64,000 bases of DNA from Syncephalis fuscata S228 (GCA_025786725.1 JAHLTZ010000005.1:1-64000), one strand, 5' to 3'. Shown: positions 26,085 to 39,564, counted from the first letter of the stretch. The notes: generated by a model not told the origin, from the letters alone. Numbers and translations are program-made.

Positions 26085-27305
26085 ATGTAAGTGTTGCGAC
26101 AAGTGTATGCGTTGTGCACGGCAAGTAGTCGGGACTATGACACGCGGAATCATAGGTTGGCCCACCAAGTCGGCATGGATCTCATAATTGCGAGTTGGTT
26201 CTTGTCGCGACAATGATCCTACGACCGAATCTTTTATGGATCTAGACGACGCGGCAAAGTGACTTGCTCGACGAGCAGGTTTACAGTATTGTTTTCCTGG
26301 CCGTCTAGTGTGTCCAACAAGTGCATATAGCGTGGAATGGCACCTTGCAATGGCATATGCTAACCGTATAATTGATTTAATTATCTAGGGTGAACCTTAC
26401 TAGCCAAAAGCGGCTCGCGGCTAGCGTGCTAAAGTGCGGTCAACGCAAGATCTGGTTGGATCCAAATGAGGCCACCGAGATCTCCAACGCCAACTCCCGT
26501 ATGTATTATTAAAAATGAATTAGTAGTGATGATATAGTGGTGGTAATTTAATAAGCATATAGCTAGTTTGAATACACCAGTCTATCAGTAAATAATAGGA
26601 ATAATACAATACTAAACATTTTTGTTATTTATTTAGGCCAAAACATCCGCAAGTTGGTCAAGGATGGTTTGATCATTCGCAAACCAAATGTTGGCCAATC
26701 TCGCTTCCGCATGCGCGAGCGTCTCGCCGCTAAGCGCAAGGGCCGTCACTCTGGTACCGGTAAGCGTCACGGTTCCGCCGAGGCACGTATGCCATCGGAA
26801 ATCATCTGGATGCGCCGCCAACGTGTCCTCCGTCGCTTGCTCCGCAAGTACCGCGAGACCGGCAAGATCGACAAGCACTTGTAAGTAACAGAGTGATTAA
26901 TAAGTAATAGCTAGCCGTACTAATGCTGCTGCTGCTATTGCTATTGCTATTGCTGTATCGACGATGGCTAGGTACCACGCCCTTTACCTTAAGGCCAAGG
27001 GTAACGTTTTCAAGAACAAGCGTGTCTTGATGGAATTCATCCACAAGGCTAAGGCCGAGAAGGCTCGCGCCAAGTTGCTTGCGTAAGTAGCATTGCTGTA
27101 ATGCTATATAACTAGCTAGAATGACCAATTTTATTTACGATAACTAATATCGATCTATGTAACTAGTGACCAAGCCGAAGCCCATCGTCAAAAGGCTCGT
27201 GCCGCCCGTGAGCGTCGTGCCCAGCGTGTGGCCGCCAAGCGTGATGCTCTTGGTGATGAAACTGCTCCAGTTGCCGCTACCACCGACAAGAAGTCGAAGA
27301 AATAA
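26085..27305 (+). CDS. RPL19: 60S ribosomal protein L19 (eL19); start codon split AT|G by intron 26087-26388
   Basis: [74 protein letters not shown]. Confidence 0.96.
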
Positions 27306-27669
27306 GCACGTTCATATTTGCTTTTAGCATGAATTCTCTTTGTTTATGCGTATGCACATTTGATCAGAATACACTTTGTCGCCATTTCTTAAATTGTGTG
27401 ATTATTTTTGCTTTATTATTATTATTTTATACTATGACAATGATAACTATGACAATAATGAGATTAATAATGGTATTAATGATGATAACCATAACAATAG
27501 TAACAATGCTTGTTGTGATTTATATTAACTGAATACATTGAAGTAAATAATTTGATCTGGTTGAGTTTTCATCAGATCGTATTTTCCTTTTCTCACCTGT
27601 TCTTCCGTAACATTCCACACGTTTACCACTGTTGTTCTAAACTAGTTAGTTACATAACAGATTTACATT

Positions 27670-28197
27670 ATGAATAGACCCTCGTCAGTACTTTATGGCT
27701 GGTAAGTCTAAATGTTTATTAGGAACGGTGACCAGTTTAATGGCTAAGCTAACATTTTTACATTTTCAATAAAGGCTCGTACTTATTGCAGGTAAGTTAT
27801 GACCTTTATATTATACTAAATAATAGGCTATTAATACTAACGCGCCATTCTCCATTTATTACTAGCTGGTGGTGGTGCTTATTACTTTGCCAAACGTGAT
27901 ATCAATGCTCGTTGGCGTGAATTTGCTGCTACAAATAAACGACCAACGGAAAAGCTAGAGTGTAAGTGTTTATATTATTATTATTATTACAGTTTATTAA
28001 CTACTATTATTGTAACAATAATAGGGCATGAACGTATCCAACGTGACGAAGAACGTATGACCGCTCAAAAACCAACAAAAGATTTAGCAAGAAATGATAC
28101 TAATAACAGTAGCAGTAGCAGTAGCAGTAGCAGTAGCAGCAGTCTACAGGAAACGGTTACGAGTACATCATCTACACGGCCCGGTGGTGTAGATTAA
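27670..28197 (+). CDS. Small fungal single-TM protein, DUF4748-like; 4 exons including a 17-nt microexon
   Basis: Spliced: MNRPSSVLYGWLVLIAAGGGAYYFAKRDINARWRE...KLEWHERIQRDEE... The GW...AGGGAYYFAK motif matches my recollection of DUF4748. Confidence 0.72.
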
Positions 28198-28444
28198 ATT
28201 GTGAATTGATTTGTAATAAAACTTACTTAACCTACTAGATATCAATATACTATGTGACTTTAAAAAGTTTTAATTAGTGTATTTCTATGGATTATGACTG
28301 TACAAGCTTTTACACTTTAAGGTGTTGTTACTATCTTATTTTCATAGCTTCACCTTCTCTCTCTCTCCTCCTGTCCTTTCTCTTTTAACCTTTTGAGCGT
28401 AGTAGCAATAGTAGTCTTTAGGTAATTGACTAGCTTATTGCTTC

Positions 28445-31400
28445 ATGTCGAGTAGTGCAGTAAGACGAGCACGGGCGGCAGCAGCAGTAGCAGGTAAGTC
28501 GATACAGACCAATAGCTCATCTGTATGTACAATAGCTTACATCATGGTAATCGCGCTCGTTAGAGCCGAATACTAATCGTAGACGACGCGGCCGCGCTGA
28601 AGAAACCTCCGATGAGGTTATTATAGACGAAATTGTAGACCCAGTCAATGTTGATGCCAATATAACAGCACTGTGTAAGTATATTGCAGTTACTTTTATC
28701 TTAATCGGCCTTACACTTGGACTGACTTGCTGATACGCATACTAACACTAATAATATCTATTATACTTTTGATATCAATTCAGTACCTCGTGGTGCTACA
28801 TTAGACATATCCGATTTTCCATCTTTTGATGCTTCACGAGTACGGGTCGATGCTGTATCGCGATTATTTGACCGTCAGGATTACACGTATTTACCGTTAA
28901 AGGCGGATCATGCATCACGACCATATGGATTAATCCAGAGACAGGTCATTTTATTCTCGAAGCATTTTCGCCTATTGCGAACAGGCTCAGGATTTCTTAC
29001 CGCCATTGCAGAACCAGTTAGTCGGTAGGTTGGATAATAAAGATATTTTTAGTACATTATAGACGATTAATGGCCATTGCTATTTACATAGACCATCACA
29101 TCTTCATGAATATCGATTGACGCCTTATTCGCTCTATGCAGCAGTCTCTGTCGGTCTAGAGACCAACGATATCATTGATGTACTTAATCGTTTATCAAAG
29201 GTATAGATTAACGCTATTTATATAACGATTTAATTAAATATACGGATAGGTCCCAGTACCTGAATCAGTCGCCAAACTTATTCAAGAGTGCACGCTTAGT
29301 TATGGCAAAGTGAAACTAGTACTTAAACAGAATCGCTATTATGTAGAATCACAACATCCTAGTATTCTACAACGACTACTTAAAGATGATGTAATTCGTA
29401 GTGCACGTATTATGGATGCTGGTGATGCACTTATTCCAAGTAAAGCACCCACAGCTGATGGTCTAAAGATACCAGGCACTGGCAAGAAGACCAATGCAAA
29501 TGATAACGAAGCCAGTATGTTCAATGCAATTATTGAACTTGATAAAGGTAGTTAATCAATTAATTAATTTACTAATTACTATATATCTTTGATATTAATG
29601 ATAATGAATTATTAGATGATGATGTAGGAGACGAGGAAGGTGAAAGTGTACATTCATTTGAAATTATGTCAACTCAAGTAGAGGTAGGTTAATAATATAT
29701 ATATATATATATATATGATATTAATTGTTTATAGAATGTACGTAAACGATGCAATCAACTTGATCTACCCATGCTTGAAGAATATGATTTCCGTAATGAT
29801 ACATTTAATCCAGATCTTGAAATTGATCTTAAACCAATTACGGTTATCCGACCCTATCAAGAAAAGAGTTTAAGTAAGATGTTTGGTAATGGACGTGCTC
29901 GTTCAGGTATTATTGTATTGCCGTGTGGTGCTGGCAAGACACTCGTAGGCATTACAGCAGCCTGTACGGTCAAGAAGAGTACACTTGTGTTATGTACTTC
30001 ATCGTAAGATCTAGTCACCTATTATAGTAGCCATCTATTTAATAGCATTACTATTGTTGTTGTCATTACCATTTGTTGTCATTGATAGAGTATCGGTCAT
30101 GCAATGGAAACAGCAATTCTTAATGTGGTCCAACATTAAAGAGAGTCGTATTGCGGTATTTACAGCTGATCAAAAAGAACGTGTAAGTAATACATGATTT
30201 TAATTGTCCATTATACTAACATGGCTATATGATAATTGCTAGTTTGTCGGTGATGCAGGTATTGTTATATCAACGTATAGTATGGTGGCCAATACACGTC
30301 AACGATCCTATGAATCGGCTAAGATGATGGAGTTTATTAAAAGCCGTGAATGGGGATTTCTCCTACTTGATGAAGTACATGTTGTACCAGCTCAAATGTT
30401 TCGTCAAGTTATTTCCACAGTGGCCACTCATGCCAAACTTGGTCTTACTGGTAATAGAGAAGTAATAGGGTAGATTTAATGATATACTAATGCTGTATTT
30501 ATTAATGTATTATATTAGCAACATTGGTGCGTGAAGATGAAAAAATTGATGATCTTAACTTTTTAATTGGCCCTAAATTGTATGAAGCCAATTGGATGGA
30601 TTTGGCCAATCAAGGCCATATTGCTACAGTTCAAGTAAGTAAATTTAATATATTAATATTAATAATTAATTAATAAATGATTAATAAATGATTAATAAAT
30701 GATCAATAGTGTGCAGAAGTATGGTGTGAAATGTCACCAGAATTCTATAGTGAATATTTACGAGAAAGATCAAGGTAAGTAATACATTGCTGTTATTTAA
30801 ATATAAATCAATTAATCTGAATATAATATAGAAAACGAGCATTATTATATGCCATGAATCCACGCAAAGTACAGGCATGTCAATATTTGATTCGATTCCA
30901 TGAAGAACGAGGAGATAAGATTATTGTGTTTTCAGATAATGTCTATGCTCTACGCGTAAGTAAATATATAGTAACTAGTGTTATAAATTCTAATTATTAT
31001 GAATTAGGAATATGCACTATTATTAAAAAAGCCATTTATTTATGGCGGTACAGGACAAACTGAACGTATGAATATTCTTCACCAGTTCCAACATAATCCT
31101 GCCCTTAATACTATGTTTCTATCTAAAGTCGGTGACACGTCTATCGATTTACCAGAAGCCACTTGTCTTATTCAAATATCATCTCATTATGGATCACGTC
31201 GACAAGAAGCTCAACGACTTGGTAAGTAATCAATTAAATGTATATTAGTGTATATTAGTGTATATTAATGTATATGAATATGAATATGAATATTAGGACG
31301 TATTCTTCGAGCAAAACGACGTAATGATGAAGGATTCAATGCCTTCTTTTACTCTCTTGTATCTAAAGATACTCAAGAAATGTACTATAGTACTAAACGA

Positions 31401-31804
31401 CAACAATTTCTTATTGATCAAGGCTATGCATTCAAAGTAATCACTCATTTAGAAGGCATGGAACAAATGAACGATTTGGTCTATCGTGATAGAGCATCTC
31501 GACTTGATTATCTACACACTGTACTAATGGCATCTGATGTAAGTAACATGGTTAAGAAGATACACTATATAATAGACAATGTTTAACAAATATACTTGTA
31601 TTGTAGAGAGATGCTGTAGTAGAAGAGGAAGGAGGCGATACGGAAGATGTATTAAGCGGTACTGCTGCTAGACGCACCACTGGATCAACTTCAGCATTGT
31701 CAGGCGGTGACAGTATGGCCTATGCAGAATATGAACGCAGTAGACCCAGAAGTGATATACAACATCCATTATTTAAAAAATACAAGAAAAAACGCGAGGC
31801 TTGA
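28445..31804 (+). CDS. SSL2: TFIIH helicase/translocase XPB (SSL2/RAD25/ERCC3), multi-exon
   Basis: [92 protein letters not shown]. Confidence 0.97.
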
Positions 31805-31971
31805 ATTTGTCGTCCATTGAAATTATCATAATAAATTGTAGTAGAAATTGTAGTAGAACGTGTTGTTTAAATACTGACCAAAGATTAAAACAATGTCTAT
31901 TCATTTACTACTACTATTGTTTGTTATTATAGTTATTATAGTTATTATAATAAACCATCCGGCTATTTTTC

Positions 31972-32229
31972 TTATTTGTTCTTAGTTTGACGATAATGGA
32001 ATCGCTTTCGTGTAGGCGAGAATTCTCCTAATTTATGTCCAACCATTTCTTCAGTCACTGTTAGCGGCAAATAGTCCTTGCCATTATGAATCAGAAACTT
32101 GAGACCAACAAACGATGGTAGAATAGTACACGCTCTGGCATCTGTCTTAATAGGCGTGCCCGAAACCATATGTTGTCGGATATTGCGGAATGCAACAAAA
32201 AAAGGACCCTTCCATACTGAACGTGTCAT
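31972..32229 (-). CDS. RSM19: Mitochondrial ribosomal protein S19 (uS19m)
   Basis: [11 protein letters not shown]...[21 protein letters not shown]...[14 protein letters not shown]. The ATG at 32229 is preferred over the upstream GTG. Confidence 0.93.
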   Translation of the reverse strand: MTRSVWKGPFFVAFRNIRQHMVSGTPIKTDARACTILPSFVGLKFLIHNGKDYLPLTVTEEMVGHKLGEFSPTRKRFHYRQTKNK

Positions 32230-32570
32230 AATAGCACTATTCCTAATATAACTATATAAAGTAGTCAAATCAAAGAAAAAGAATATTGTCGCGATGAATA
32301 CCACAGGGTAAATAGTAGTAGTAGTAGTAGTAGTTACTATTATTCTATCGTCATTAAAAGAAGATAAAGATAGCTTTGACAGTTTTCATTATATTAATTA
32401 GAATATTAATTAGAATGTATACACCATTTATGTGTGTGTGTATGTGTGATCATCGCCACTGTCACAATGGCACCCTCCCCCCACTAGACACACGACACCA
32501 CCGACACCTCAGGCCAAATAGGTCCCTCCTCTTTCGATTGTACACGGTTGAATTCTACACATCCGTCACC

Positions 32571-33848
32571 ATGGTGGGTACTATTGATATACATACATAC
32601 ATATATGTGTGTATAAATGGCGATACAGTAGTAGATAGCGATCAACAAGCTTATAATGCAGTAATTATGATTTAATTATTTATATATATATGCATATATC
32701 AATCATCTAGATGGATGGATGGATGGATGGATGACAGTATATAGTTGATGATAATGATGATGATGATGATAGATAGTAGTAGTTGGTAATATAGTATTTA
32801 TTATAAATATTACGCGGATAAATGGATGGATGGATGGATATAGATATAGATATAGATATATGCGTATAGATGGTTGGATAGTGACTGTGGTATATGCTAT
32901 GTTGAACGCGTATCTATTAGATAGAATAGTCAATGGGTGGAATCTACTATTACACCCGTATAATATAGCATTTAATATTGTTATTATTTATTATAAGCTC
33001 GTTATTAATATATTGAATATTATTATAGTCGCTCGTTGTCCCCGAAGCGGGTCAGTTCCAGCACATTTTGCGTCTCCTCAACACCAATGTTGAAGGCAAG
33101 CAGAGAATTATGTTCGCTTTGACCTCCATCAAGGGTGTGGGTCGCCGTTACGCCAACTTGTGCTGCAAAAAGGCCGACATTGATATGAACAAGCGGTAAG
33201 TTATTACGATTACGATTGGTCATAGAATAGCGGTGGATTGGCGTGTTATATTTGGCGCATTTTATTAGAAAATACATTATACTAATAATAGATTTTAATT
33301 TATAACTTATAATTTATATAGCGCTGGTGAACTCACCAACGAAGAGCTTGAACGCTTGATTGCCATTATCCAGAACCCATTGCAGTACAAGGTTCCAAAA
33401 TGGTTCCTTAATCGTCAAAAGGACATCAAGGATGGTCAATTTGCCCAAATCTTGGCCAACGGTTTGGACAACAAGATGCGTGAAGATCTTGAGCGTCTTA
33501 AGAAGATCCGCAATCACCGTGGTCTTCGTCACTACTGGGGTCTGCGTGTACGCGGTCAACACACCAAGACGACTGGTCGCCGCGGTAAGACCGTCGGTGT
33601 ATCCAAGAAGAAGGGTAAGTAGAGAGGGCGCATATACACGGTTAATAGCGATACAACAAGCAAATAAGCCACTGGATATGATGATTAATATCAAACCTTA
33701 CCTACATTATCCGACATGCATCCAATACCGGGATGATACGGGGAGAAATGATATAAACTGATCCAATTTGCTTATTTGTATCATATAATACGATATAGAC
33801 AACGGCTTTAATATTTAATACTAATGATTATTTATTACTATAGGTTAA
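32571..33848 (+). CDS. RPS18: 40S ribosomal protein S18 (uS13); first intron 32574-33028, last intron 33615-33843
   Basis: ATG|intron|[23 protein letters not shown]...[38 protein letters not shown]. Confidence 0.96.
32709..32860. repeat. Compound microsatellites (ATGG)n, (GAT)n and (GATATA)n in RPS18 intron 1
   Basis: Directly visible tandem units. Confidence 0.85.
33673..33765 (+). ncRNA. Intronic box C/D snoRNA, probable SNORD34/snR62 orthologue guiding an LSU rRNA 2'-O-methyl-U
   Basis: Terminal stem TGGA...TCCA, C box ATGATGA (33678), D' CCGA (33711), D box CTGA (33758). The guide CCTTACCTACATTAT is complementary to the conserved LSU rRNA segment AUAAUGUAGGUAAGG. Confidence 0.85.
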
Positions 33849-34072
33849 TCCGTGGTATGTAGAGGATGCACACACCTGTACCGTGATATCCAACGACAAA
33901 CGACCGGAATACGACACTTTGTGGCTGATGCTCAATTGGACTATGTGTTGTGTGCATGCCTACTTGTTCCTAAAACTGCGTGGATTGTTATTGGTAGTCT
34001 AGTCACCGGGGAATCTACGTGTGTTATTTGGGAAATAAATCAAATATACTGGATAATAAGCTTTATTGTATT

Positions 34073-34639
34073 TTACTGTGTATTAATAAGTTTTTTCTTT
34101 TTTTTGTTTACTAAACTAAATAAGTCAGTTTTAGTGGCAGTTACCATGGACCACGTACGGCCATAATCAATGGTTTGCCATTTTATACCCTTTTGATCAA
34201 CTACTGTATCGATGCTGAATTGTTGTTTATTGCTATGTTGAGTGTTATGGTTGCTATTATCGCTGTTGTTGTTGTTATTGCTGGTTAGCTTGTCAACGGT
34301 TGTTGGCTCGTTAAAGTAAACTGGTGCATCGCGCGATCGTTTACATAAGCCAAGTGGCTGTCCCGGTTTAATATCGCATACAAGTGGATCCATACAGCGA
34401 TAGAGGTCATCGGCAATACCGCATCGTTTACCTATCGATACGGTATTGACGGTAACTTTTGTTAATGACTGTTTATTTGTATCAATATTGTGGTTGTTAT
34501 TGTTGCTGCTATCAGTTGCACCGCTAACTATAGCGAATGCACTACAATAGAATGCTAGGAACAGTATAAATCTAGTTGCAGAGACTGAGCGCAAACAAGC
34601 CACATTTTTACGCAAATGATGTAAATATTTATCAGTCAT
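34073..34639 (-). CDS. Hypothetical secreted or membrane-anchored protein with a 4-Cys mini-domain and a C-terminal Asp-box; probable intron 34076-34144
   Basis: Hydrophobic FILFLAFYCSAFAIVSGA segment, GKRCGIADDLYRCMDPLVCDIKPGQPLGLC, and TIDYGRTW. GTAACT...CAG immediately precedes the TAA. Confidence 0.65.
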   Translation of the reverse strand: MTDKYLHHLRKNVACLRSVSATRFILFLAFYCSAFAIVSGATDSSNNNNHNIDTNKQSLTKVTVNTVSIGKRCGIADDLYRCMDPLVCDIKPGQPLGLCKRSRDAPVYFNEPTTVDKLTSNNNNNSDNSNHNTQHSNKQQFSIDTVVDQKGIKWQTIDYGRTWSMVTATKTDLFSLVNKKKKKLINTQ

Positions 34640-35124
34640 TGTTTGTCTTTTCTTCTAGCAATATAATGGTGGCAATATAGTATTGATGATAGAACTGAAT
34701 AAAGGTTGGTAGTAGCATGAGAAAGGAGTTAAGTAGATGGAGACATTATAATATTAAAAGGGGAGAAACAAGGCACTTAAATAGAAGTATCGGAGTATCA
34801 CTGAACAATCAGTGTCCAAATCCGTTTATTCAAACTAACACGCACCTCCTTTATCAGTCACATCGTTATCAATAATATCAATAATAGTGGTAAAGGCGTA
34901 TGAAACAACACTTGTAACAATATTTGTTTTAATTTGCTAATAAATAAAACTATGCTTGAATCAAATGAATAATAGAATGATACAAAAATGATAATGAATT
35001 TGATCAATAAACTAAAACACTTTTGAAATGTATTAATCCATTGTAATATGTAATAATATCCATGAACTACTTGATACCAATTGATTAATAGACCACATGG
35101 TTCATTTTCCGTATTAGAAAATGA

Positions 35125-36396
35125 TCAACTTGTTGTAGTATTGCTATGTTGATTAGTATCGGTGGTGGTTAGTATTGTGTCTGGTGTATCTTGGATGGTA
35201 TCAGTGCGAGGATAGACAACACCATTACTCATACTATTAATAGTCATTAAATATTTGTTAGATTAATAACCAATATTATAATATATACTATTATTTACTT
35301 ACCTATTAGGTATAGGCACTACAAACATCAATAGTACATAGTAGATTTATTAATATAACTAACAATATTATTACCAATAATATCAACTTACCAAACCAAA
35401 GCCACATATTCTCTCCCATAACTGATTTCCAATTATTTAGTAGTCCTTGGTGCCATGGATTACGCAGGTCCTCTTCATCACGAAGTACCGCTTCTGTTTG
35501 ATCCTCAATGACTGCTTCAGGATTGCTATTGAGACGTCGTCTTGTGGCCTTTTCCCTTGCCTTCATACGATGTTGTGCTGACTGACGTTTCATATATTCA
35601 AGCGTTGTTTGATTAGTCAATATTTGGAAACCGTGCATACCCGCAAATGGTATAAGCATTAATGACCATAGACCGGCCAGTGCAGTCAAGGCCACCCATA
35701 CACCATTCACTCGATTTGGTTTCTATTAATACAGTCATTAGTATGAATAACAACAATTAACCACTATCATTACTATCTAATGCATGTAAATAACAATAAT
35801 AATAATAATAATAATTACCTTGGAATCATCCATATATAGACCAAGCATCACTCCAATAGTAATGGCTACATAGAAAGTAAATATAGAAACATAGAATAAA
35901 AATAGGAAAAATAACTTGTGATTTCGGTATCCAACACAGCCAACTACCCATGGACAGTGATGATCCATACGTAGGACACATTCATTACATTGTGAACAAT
36001 GATGTGCTCTATCCGGTTTGGGTCGTCGACAGATATGACAATAACGTTCTCTTTTACGTCTTACAGTGGGTGTTGTTGTCTGTCCTAATGAAAATGCCTC
36101 TGATGCATTACTATCAGTTCGTGGCAATTCATTAGACTGTTCATTTGACGATGACTGTTCATGATTAGCATCCATCTTTATAATAATATCATTATTAGAA
36201 GAGGATGGTAATGATGAAGATGCTGTTTCGGTCATAGGGGTTTGTTGTTGTTGTTGTGATACATTTATTGGGTTCGCAGTAATTAACGTTTGTTCACTGC
36301 CTGTTCTGCTTGGTACAGCATCATTTATTATAGATTTCTTATTGAGACCAATACCTGTTTCATGTGATACAGTGTCCATTGTTGTTATTGTATCGA

Positions 36397-36431
<35 letters not shown>

Positions 36432-37040
36432 GTAGTAGTAGTAGTAGTAAAGTCCATCTGCGGTGTTATCGGAGTATTTAATTCTCCAGATAATTCCGAA
36501 GCGTTCAATCCAATGGCCGCTTCATTCACAACTAATGGCTCCCCTTCTGCAGCGGGTACTGATATCATCTAACAGTTTATAGTATAACATGTTACTGAAT
36601 TGTATTAAATAAATCAATAACTTACCTCATGATGACGCTGTCGATGCTGTTGGCAATCTGGTAAATCACTGGCAAATCCAGGTGTTTGTAGTATAAGGCG
36701 TGTATAAGTATATAGCACTAAAAGTAACAGTACATGATAGACAACTAGCAGTATGACTGTAGAATAGTTATATAAATACGCCCTATTAGCTAATAGTATT
36801 AATATTATGGCACACTTACCAGAACCAGTTACATTTTGTTTAACATAATAATCTATTGATATTGTTAATACCAAATATTAGAACTATAGAATTTGATTTA
36901 CTATGCTTATTTAGCTTACCCAATTGCACCTGAACTACAAACACATAATAACTAAATGCCAAAAGTCCATAAATCATCAATAACGGCGTATAGGATATGG
37001 GTGTTAACCAACGCTCACGAGCCGGTCGTAACAATTGCAT
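35125..37040 (-). CDS. DHHC palmitoyltransferase (PFA3/ZDHHC2-15-20-like), multi-exon
   Basis: CHICRRPKPDRAHHCSQCNECVLRMDHHCPWVVGCVGYRNHKLFFLFL, NQTTLE, NPWHQGLLNNWKSVMG, WF|VPIPNS|MSNGVVYP. Confidence 0.93.
36399..36449. repeat. (ATT)n-(AGT)n microsatellite encoding poly-Thr/poly-Asn in the DHHC protein
   Basis: Directly visible; translates as TTTTTTNNNNNNNNNNN. Confidence 0.9.
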
Positions 37041-37645
37041 ATTGTATGATAGTTAAAAGAGACAAAACCACAATAAAATTTAAGCAGTACTATGACTGTG
37101 CTTATTGCGGTTAAACCAATAGTATACTATTGCAGTTATTATCGTTACATAGACAGACGACAATAGATTGAAAGAAAAAGAAGAAGAAAGGAATATGCTT
37201 AAAGAATGCTGCGGTACAATTTCAATCAAGAAATCTGAGCGAAATAATAAACGAATGAATAGGCTACAAGGTAGTAGAGCCTTGCACGCGCTCTCTCTCT
37301 GTCCTATTAATGGTCTACTATTTCAAGGGCCTGGAATAAAAGCGTATGGGTAGCTGGACAAATAAAATGCAAGAGAAAAGGAACACCAAAGGCGTCATAG
37401 AATTGAGCGAAAGCGAGGAGTGAGTGAGGGAAAGAGTTAAAAGAACGAGAAAACTTCAAATTAAAACGAAGCACGTGCGAGGTCGATCTGTGAAATATAG
37501 TATCTTTTATAAATAAGCAATTTAATACACTATATAGATTATACACATAGACTATAAAGCCGATAGTGGTAACAAGGCAGGCATAGAGTAAAAGTCGGCA
37601 CCATCTGTGCATGTTTATCCTTATCTAAATATAAATGAAACCGGC

Positions 37646-39564
37646 TTATTGATGGGAATAAAGATTGTCTAGTGGATGGTGGTGATGGACTTGCAGGGCA
37701 GTCAATGCCAACGACTAAACAAGCATGCACATGGCATATGTACAAGGTGGATGCATGCATATATTGTATCGTTGTCGTTAGTATCTAGACCCGTAAATTT
37801 ATTATCGTTATTCTATAGTCATTACCTCGATAGATGGTGTGGTGGGTGTTGTGGTCTTTTTACGAAATATAGATATATTATTTGAGGGTAATCTAGATAA
37901 ATGGTAATTACAGGGTGTCATTTGTTATTCATTTCTATTTTGATTTGTACCAACTATCCTTTAAATTACTTACTGAGTCATTTCAGATGATGATGATGAT
38001 GATGATACAGATGTAGTATGTTCTATAGTTTGATATAGACTACGAATACGGTCTTGTAGTTTTAATAACATTGTATCAAGTGCTGTTTGGTGTCCTTGGT
38101 GATGGATAACTGCTTGATGTACACGTCGTTGTGTTTCATCTAGCGTATCTAATAAAGTGATATGGTTATAGTCAATATTTGTTATTGCTATTTATTACTA
38201 TTTACTTGAATTGGGACAGGATGGTTCTAATACACCATGATAGGATGTATACCATAATTTACTTAATGCAACAAGATCGATAGAATTACTAGGATTGGAT
38301 AGTTTACGTAATTGCTCCTATAGTATTATGGTGAATATGGTGAATATCCTTGGTCAATGGCTAATCATGTTATACTAACTGGTTCACACACTGTGCCCCA
38401 AGTACGTAGTGCTTCATTAGACATATCAATATGAAGTTGTTCGCCATCTAGTCGATGTCGTTTTCGATCAACTAATGCCGTTTGTAACATATCTACAAAT
38501 ATATATATATGTATGTATTAATATAATGATACAAGTGTATTTAATAGTTACCATGATTGTAAGTATGCTGTTGTTGCCATGCCTCAATGGTACGCCATCG
38601 TGATCGAACTGATTCTATTTGTTGCATTTGATCTGTCCCAACATTTAAGAATTCACTTTGATCTGCTGCCATTAATTTACGCTTTCTATCTTCTAACATC
38701 GTCTATGATAGATAGATATCAGATTCAGTGTACTATTTATTATAACGACAACCTACATCTGCCTGTTGTAACTGTCGTATTTCTTCTTCAGCTTTATGAG
38801 ATGCTTCAAGTAAATGATCGTTGATTTGGCGTCTAAACTGAGCCTCTTTCATAAAATCCTCCATTTCATGAGTCAATGTGTCCTTTTCAGCTACTTAGTA
38901 TTTTATTATATATAGATTTTGACTTACTGGTGTAATCTTATCAATATCTATTACATCATATACATTAATATTAACACTGTTACCATTTATTTATTTATTT
39001 ACCTGTTAGTATTGAGGGATAATCTCGCTTTGTTACTATTTCAAGTACATAACTTGAAAATGAACATAAAATACGCTCTAACCTAAATATACATTAATAT
39101 AATGGCCTTCAACTATTTACGTTATTTATTTAAACCTACCGTTCTCCCTGACCATCTTCAAGATAAGACTTGCGTATGGCTACAGTGGGCCATAAATGAC
39201 CGCTTTTCTTTAACTGTTCAAGCCAATGAAAGGCTATAGCAAGTAATTCGCGACTTTGTTTACGGTCAAATGCCGGCCAACAATGAAGGAATTTCTACAT
39301 CATTATAGCCAATAATATAGAATACTTATAGCTTATATCTTTAAAGTATATCGATAGACTACTTACTTGTCGGGTAGCTGAATCGTCTAATCGTGTAAAT
39401 AGAAACCATAGTACTACTTCTAAGCCTTTTGTATTAGGTGCAGGACCCGCAAACATAGTTTGTTCCAATACGACATTGTTATATGTATCAGGTATCAAGC
39501 TACACTCTAATAGGCCAAGCAACGATAGATTAGTAAATAGAATGGCGCGGTCTGTAAAGGCCAT
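37646..39564 (-). CDS. HAUS6: Augmin/HAUS subunit 6 N-terminal domain protein, multi-exon; 3' end uncertain (37646 or 37539)
   Basis: LFTNLSLLGL...NTKGLEVVLWFLFTRLD...KFLHCWPAFDRKQSRE...WLEQLKKSGHLWPTVAIRKSYLEDGQGER|LERILCSFS matches the HAUS6_N pattern. Confidence 0.78.

Noticed and set aside
26499-26636. C/D snoRNA in RPL19 intron 2 (GTGATGA)
   Set aside because: No downstream CTGA with a terminal stem and no recognisable rRNA antisense element.
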